A stretch of DNA of 38,594 nt. Source: Saprolegnia diclina VS20. Its lineage: Eukaryota. Every line of letters starts with the position of its first letter. The stretch's first letter is position 1. Made by a program: the position numbers and the translations under genes. Location: positions 42,940 to 81,533 of the forward strand of contig NW_008246151.1 in NCBI RefSeq assembly GCF_000281045.1. The letters are read 5' to 3'. The notes beneath the pieces were generated by a model. That model searched no databases. It saw only the letters and a program-made list of their open reading frames with translations, and had not been told where the DNA came from. This document shows, one piece after another, positions 33,923-38,594 of this stretch.

Positions 33923-34951
33923 TTAGTTGGTGCTAGGCAGACGACCTTGTTGGTGCAACGATTGGCGGAGGCGAGTAGCTTCGGGTGTTGGGGGGTCGAT
34001 ATCGAGTGTGGTTCGATACGTAGTGGCCAAGTACTTCACGTAGAGATATTCGGCGACGACGAATTGGTGAACCAGAATGGTCTGACCTTGCCACTCGGGT
34101 TTCGCGGTTTCGGCGTATGCGACCCAAAGTGTGAGGCTAATCGTGCCGGTGTCATCGAGCAACGTGATGTCGCGCTTGACCGTCTTGTTTGGGCCAACTT
34201 CCTGCAGGGGGCCGACCGTCGTGCAAACGGCGACAATCGTGAGTGGGTTGGATTGTTGTTGCTGGTGGCGGGGAGGCACGGTGATGCTTCCAATCATTGC
34301 GACAGTGGTGTACACGTAGACCATGTGCGGGATTGTTGCTATGTCGTCGTCTTGGGCGACCGTTGTGCCGGCCATGAATATGTACTCGTGTTCTTGACCG
34401 TTTTGTTGGTACTCGAGCTTGATCGGCTTTGTGAGGCCGTTGGTAAACGTGTAAACGTTGTCGATGCGCAGCATGCCACCGAAATCCCGGTAGGCATTGT
34501 GGAACAGAATGCATGGCATTTCGGCGTTGTCCCGGTCGCGGAGCATGATCTTGCATAGTGTTTGTTTCTGCTTCGTCGTTTTGTTCGTGTACATGGACAA
34601 CGTTTTGGCGACAACCCGCGCCTGGATTGGTTCTGAGCATGGTCCTGGACGTAGACTAGACAGTGGCATGTAGTTGGTGTTGGATGGTGCGGACTGTGTT
34701 CCTACGTGGTATTGTTGTGAATGTGCCGTGTGTTGGAGGAGGGATGAATTACCCTGGCGCTGCGTGTTTTTCTGGGTCACTGGTACGACTTCCGGGGTCG
34801 TCTTGAGCAATTCGAGCTCGCAATCAACTGCCGTGCGGGAGTTCGCTTTGACCTTGCGTGCTTTTTCAAGCCGCACGACCTTTTCTTCGGGCGTCTCGGT
34901 GGCCTTCTGCTCAGCGCGCGCCTTGCGCTTGCGCTCATTCGATGCTCGCAT
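33923..34951 (-). CDS. RPA70/RPA1-like ssDNA-binding protein (tandem OB folds DBD-A and DBD-B only) with a basic STPR-like N-terminus, intronless, probably element-borne
   Basis: PLSSLRP...IQARVVAKT, IMLRD...EMPCILF, DNVYTFTNGLTKP, KRDITLLDDTGTISLTLW and TTLDIDPPTPEATRLR follow RPA70 DBD-A/B in order (PIxSLxP..IxARVxxK, KRxIxLxDxSG.VxxTLW, NPDIPEAxxL). DBD-F and the zinc-containing DBD-C are absent. Confidence 0.85.
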   Translation of the reverse strand: MRASNERKRKARAEQKATETPEEKVVRLEKARKVKANSRTAVDCELELLKTTPEVVPVTQKNTQRQGNSSLLQHTAHSQQYHVGTQSAPSNTNYMPLSSLRPGPCSEPIQARVVAKTLSMYTNKTTKQKQTLCKIMLRDRDNAEMPCILFHNAYRDFGGMLRIDNVYTFTNGLTKPIKLEYQQNGQEHEYIFMAGTTVAQDDDIATIPHMVYVYTTVAMIGSITVPPRHQQQQSNPLTIVAVCTTVGPLQEVGPNKTVKRDITLLDDTGTISLTLWVAYAETAKPEWQGQTILVHQFVVAEYLYVKYLATTYRTTLDIDPPTPEATRLRQSLHQQGRLPSTN

Positions 34952-36015
34952 GTTGCTTAAATGTCTAGCTAGCTAGCTACATGGCGTTTTATAGCAAGAG
35001 CGGCCGGTCAATGCACATCACCGAGCGACATGGCGCTGGCCTGTCAAAACGCATCAATGAATTGTTGCGAGCTGTCCAATCATACTNNNNNNNNNNNNNN
35101 NNNNNNNNNNNNNNNNNNNNNNNNNNNNNNNNNNNNNNNNNNNNNNNNNNNNNNNNNNNNNNNNNNNNNNNNNNNNNNNNNNNNNNNNNNNNNNNNNNNN
35201 NNNNNNNNNNNNNNNNNNNNNNNNNNNNNNNNNNNNNNNNNNNNNNNNNNNNNNNNNNNNNNNNNNNNNNNNNNNNNNNNNNNNNNNNNNNNNNNNNNNN
35301 NNNNNNNNNNNNNNNNNNNNNNNNNNNNNNNNNNNNNNNNNNNNNNNNNNNNNNNNNNNNNNNNNNNNNNNNNNNNNNNNNNNNNNNNNNNNNNNNNNNN
35401 NNNNNNNNNNNNNNNNNNNNNNNNNNNNNNNNNNNNNNNNNNNNNNNNNNNNNNNNNNNNNNNNNNNNNNNNNNNNNNNNNNNNNNNNNNNNNNNNNNNN
35501 NNNNNNNNNNNNNNNNNNNNNNNNNNNNNNNNNNNNNNNNNNNNNNNNNNNNNNNNNNNNNNNNNNNNNNNNNNNNNNNNNNNNNNNNNNNNNNNNNNNN
35601 NNNNNNNNNNNNNNNNNNNNNNNNNNNNNNNNNNNNNNNNNNNNNNNNNNNNNNNNNNNNNNNNNNNNNNNNNNNNNNNNNNNNNNNNNNNNNNNNNNNN
35701 NNNNNNNNNNNNNNNNNNNNNNNNNNNNNNNNNNNNNNNNNNNNNNNNNNNNNNNNNNNNNNNNNNNNNNNNNNNNNNNNNNNNNNNNNNNNNNNNNNNN
35801 NNNNNNNNNNNNNNNNNNNNNNNNNNNNNNNNNNNNNNNNNNNNNNNNNNNNNNNNNNNNNNNNNNNNNNNNNNNNNNNNNNNNNNNNNNNNNNNNNNNN
35901 NNNNNNNNNNNNNNNNNNNNNNNNNNNNNNNNNNNNNNNNNNNNNNNNNNNNNNNNNNNNNNNNNNNNNNNNNNNNNNNNNNNNNNNNNNNNNNNNNNNN
36001 NNNNNNNNNNNTGGG

Positions 36016-36094
36016 ACAAACAAACAAACAAACAAACAAACAAACAAACAAACAAACAAACAAACAAACAAACAAACAAACAAACAAACAAACA
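36016..36094. repeat. (AAAC)n microsatellite, about 20 perfect units
   Basis: Directly visible, immediately after the 925-N gap. Confidence 0.98.
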
Positions 36095-37373
36095 GGCAAA
36101 TAATCCCTGGTGGGCTGGGTAACCAGGAGGTTCCTACCAGTATTATACAGAAATATTGAATACAACGTCATTGATGCAGTGTTTCGTCTTCCCTGCAAGC
36201 ACACAGCAAACCAGAACGAGCAACAGAATGAGAATGAGACCCAGTATTATAAATAAATGGGGCTCCACCGTGCTCCTACCTACGTGGAGTGCATGCCAAT
36301 AAAACGGCGACCGGCGTAGGTAAAACGCGTTTAACTCGTACCAAGCCAGTGGGTTTATGTCGGTGGATGTCCGATTTGGCCGATATGGCCTGCAGCGAAG
36401 CAAGTGAGTATTGGAGCTACTCCAGCACGCTTATATGTGAGTGGTAAGGTAGCGCTGGGGCTCACGACCAACGTCATTTGCATCGCGACGACAGAAGCGT
36501 CTGCGAGGTCTCGCTGACCGTAGAAACGGTTCCTTTGATCAACATCGTAGAGCGATGCATGCTCCTCGCTGAGCCTCCTAAATGCTGAGGGAGCTCATGC
36601 ACGACATCTCGAGCGTCCAAGATCGCATACCCGTGCGATGCATTAATAATAAAGTCGTCAATCGGTGTCCTTCATGCAACGGGGGGTTATTGGCCACTTT
36701 TGACCAGGCCCGTGGAGCATTATACGCTCCCACCGAGCTTCGTACCGGCTTAGGGAGCTCGTATACGACGTCAAGAGCGTGCTTCATCGTAGATCTCAGC
36801 GACAGTTTGCTAAAAAAAGCGACCGTCATGGCGCGGGATCGACGTTACCATAAACACCCATTCTTCGTGACCGTTCTCATAGTAGAGACCGGACCCTTCA
36901 ATAAAATTTTGGAAACAGCTTTGTATCTGTCATGTCTACATTTTCTCTTCCTAATGACATGTCTGAAAACAACTGGAAGGCGCTCTGCGAGTGTGCAGAA
37001 TTTTTGAAACAGCCGAGTTGAAGGCTTAAACAGCCGTGCTGGCTTGATCATGGCCCAGCCGCTATAGCTGAGTGCGTAGTGTCCATTACTTGGTGTAAAC
37101 AGAAGTATTGTGGTGCATATATCGCATTTGGAACGAAATATTGAATGAAGCCGTGGTTCCAAATGTTTTTGTGCATGGCTGTTCGCCATTATCATCATTG
37201 TAAATTTTTGCATGTAGTGTCAATGCGATTTGCTGGCTTACAATAAGTATCTGCAACTTGTATAAGGCCCAACGACGGCGCAACTGTCATTATATCTCTG
37301 TTTTAGCTGATATATGTATGCTTTCGTTGATATGATGCGCTTGTTTTCACTGTATATATTCTGTGTTGCTGCG

Positions 37374-37686
37374 AAATATTTTATTATTGTATGCATATTC
37401 TCTCAAAATGCTGATTGGACGCTGATAAAAATCGAAAAAAAGTTTGGCGCCGTCTGGGTTCGAAGTCGCGGCTCACGTGGCGGCAGCCGTCCTTTTGGAT
37501 TTGCCTTTAGCAGAGCTGGCAGGATGAATTAAATATTTTATTATTGTATGTATATTCTCTCAAAATGCTGATTAAACGCTGATAAGAATCGAAAAAGAGT
37601 TTGGTGCTGTCTGGGTTCGAAGTCGCGGCTCACGTGGCAGCAGCCGTCCTTTTGGATTTGCCTTTAGCAGAGCTGGCAGGATGAAT
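37374..37686. repeat. 157-bp tandem duplication (2 copies, about 95% identical)
   Basis: aaatattttattattgtatg...gcagagctggcaggatgaat starts at 37374 and again at 37531. Confidence 0.95.
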
Positions 37687-38594
37687 CAGTTAGCCCTGTT
37701 TTCATCTTCGATGCATAATACTTGTACGTCATGAATGGTGTGATGTTGTGCGCGGTGCGGCTTTGTGGTCATTCTGGCTGCTGGTGTAGTCATTTTGTGG
37801 GCGCGTTCCGCGTGCACAGAGCGCAGTTTAAATTAAGTCGCAATGACATTCGCACTCAGCATATCTTAAATGGTCAATCTCCAAAATATTACGTCGCAAG
37901 CTACTCGGGAAGTCGACGCCAACGGGAATATGCGAAAATGTCGCACTTGCGATGCCATATTGTTGAAGCTAATAATTTTTTCGGAATCATGTTTCGTCGC
38001 ATCCAAAAAGCGAAAACTTGAGTAGTGATGTACAGGTTGTCTTTTATAATCTGGAAATCGTTGTATCGTGTTCGCAGTAGTCGAATTAGTCAGTGCCTTG
38101 GAGATCAACGCCTGAGAGTGATTGTGAATATTTGATGTTAAATGGTGATAATCGGCGTGTACAAGTTGTCTACTAGCAGTGGAAACACTAGCATCATCGT
38201 CGTTGTAGTCGAATTGTGCAGATGTGCAGATATCATGAGCCACGGGCGCGTATCGGGCCTCTCTGGTGGTATGGACATGTTGTATTGAAATCAGGTCAAA
38301 GTAGGACTTGGCGGCCGAACTGCAGCACGCGCGACGCAATTATCTTGAGTTGATTATGCGATTTGCGGCACGAATGCTGCAAGCGGAACAGCCTCTAGAG
38401 ATCCTTATTGGACCTAATTTCGCCGAAAAGTCCTTGTTGCGGCACGAATGACGGCGTGATTCGCGGCAAAATACTTATAGGCTTTGAAGTGAGCAGTTCA
38501 AGCCAACGGCCACGATTTGTACAATGTATGCACCATTATTGAATAAAAATATTTTGTTGCCTTTTTGTCGAAAGTAGGACGATTTAGATGAAGG

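Noticed and set aside
33461..34558. 365-aa plus-strand ORF (also 32548-33144)
   Set aside because: Antisense shadows of the RPA-like and zinc-finger ORFs, which carry the recognisable motifs.
34981..36204. Long ORFs spanning N-gaps (also 8493-9580 and others containing X runs)
   Set aside because: Their length comes from Ns and from the (AAAC)n tract (TNKQ/FVCL repeats).
36270..36830. Possible tyrosine recombinase (Crypton/DIRS) remnant: LLLMHRTGMRSWTL and WHALHVG on the minus strand
   Set aside because: Several stops intervene, the HxxR arginine is absent, no catalytic Tyr region is seen, and another frame looks equally coding-like. An HMM search against PF00589 would settle it.

Overview
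This is eukaryotic draft-scaffold DNA with eight N-gaps (558-657, 2114-2213, 5759-5858, 8965-9368, 12903-13002, 22011-22110, 24347-24446, 35087-36011). GC-rich codons and many 42-53 nt GT-AG introns suggest an oomycete, probably Saprolegniales (inference). Three host genes look intact. The first is a GH38 alpha-mannosidase (- strand, about 12 exons) whose last exon is separated from the rest by an intervening contig. The second is a P5B/ATP13A-type P-type ATPase (+, about 18 exons). The third is a convergent LENG1/CIR-N-type gene (-). The intergenic DNA holds decayed gene fragments (GCN1-like HEAT, multi-EF-hand, another helical-repeat remnant), a recent partial duplicate of the ATPase 3' end, and about six pieces of one unclassified dispersed repeat containing 42-bp hairpin units. 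Two long copies of that repeat lie in inverted orientation. The right third is an apparently intronless accessory block. It contains a STAND/NB-ARC-like NTPase ORF, a long low-complexity frame broken by two TAG codons, a multi-zinc-finger ORF and an RPA70-like double OB-fold ORF. The last two are the best candidate for an undescribed mobile-element module. An (AAAC)n microsatellite and AT-richer DNA with a 157-bp tandem duplication follow. All family assignments come from motif recognition by eye, not from database searches.
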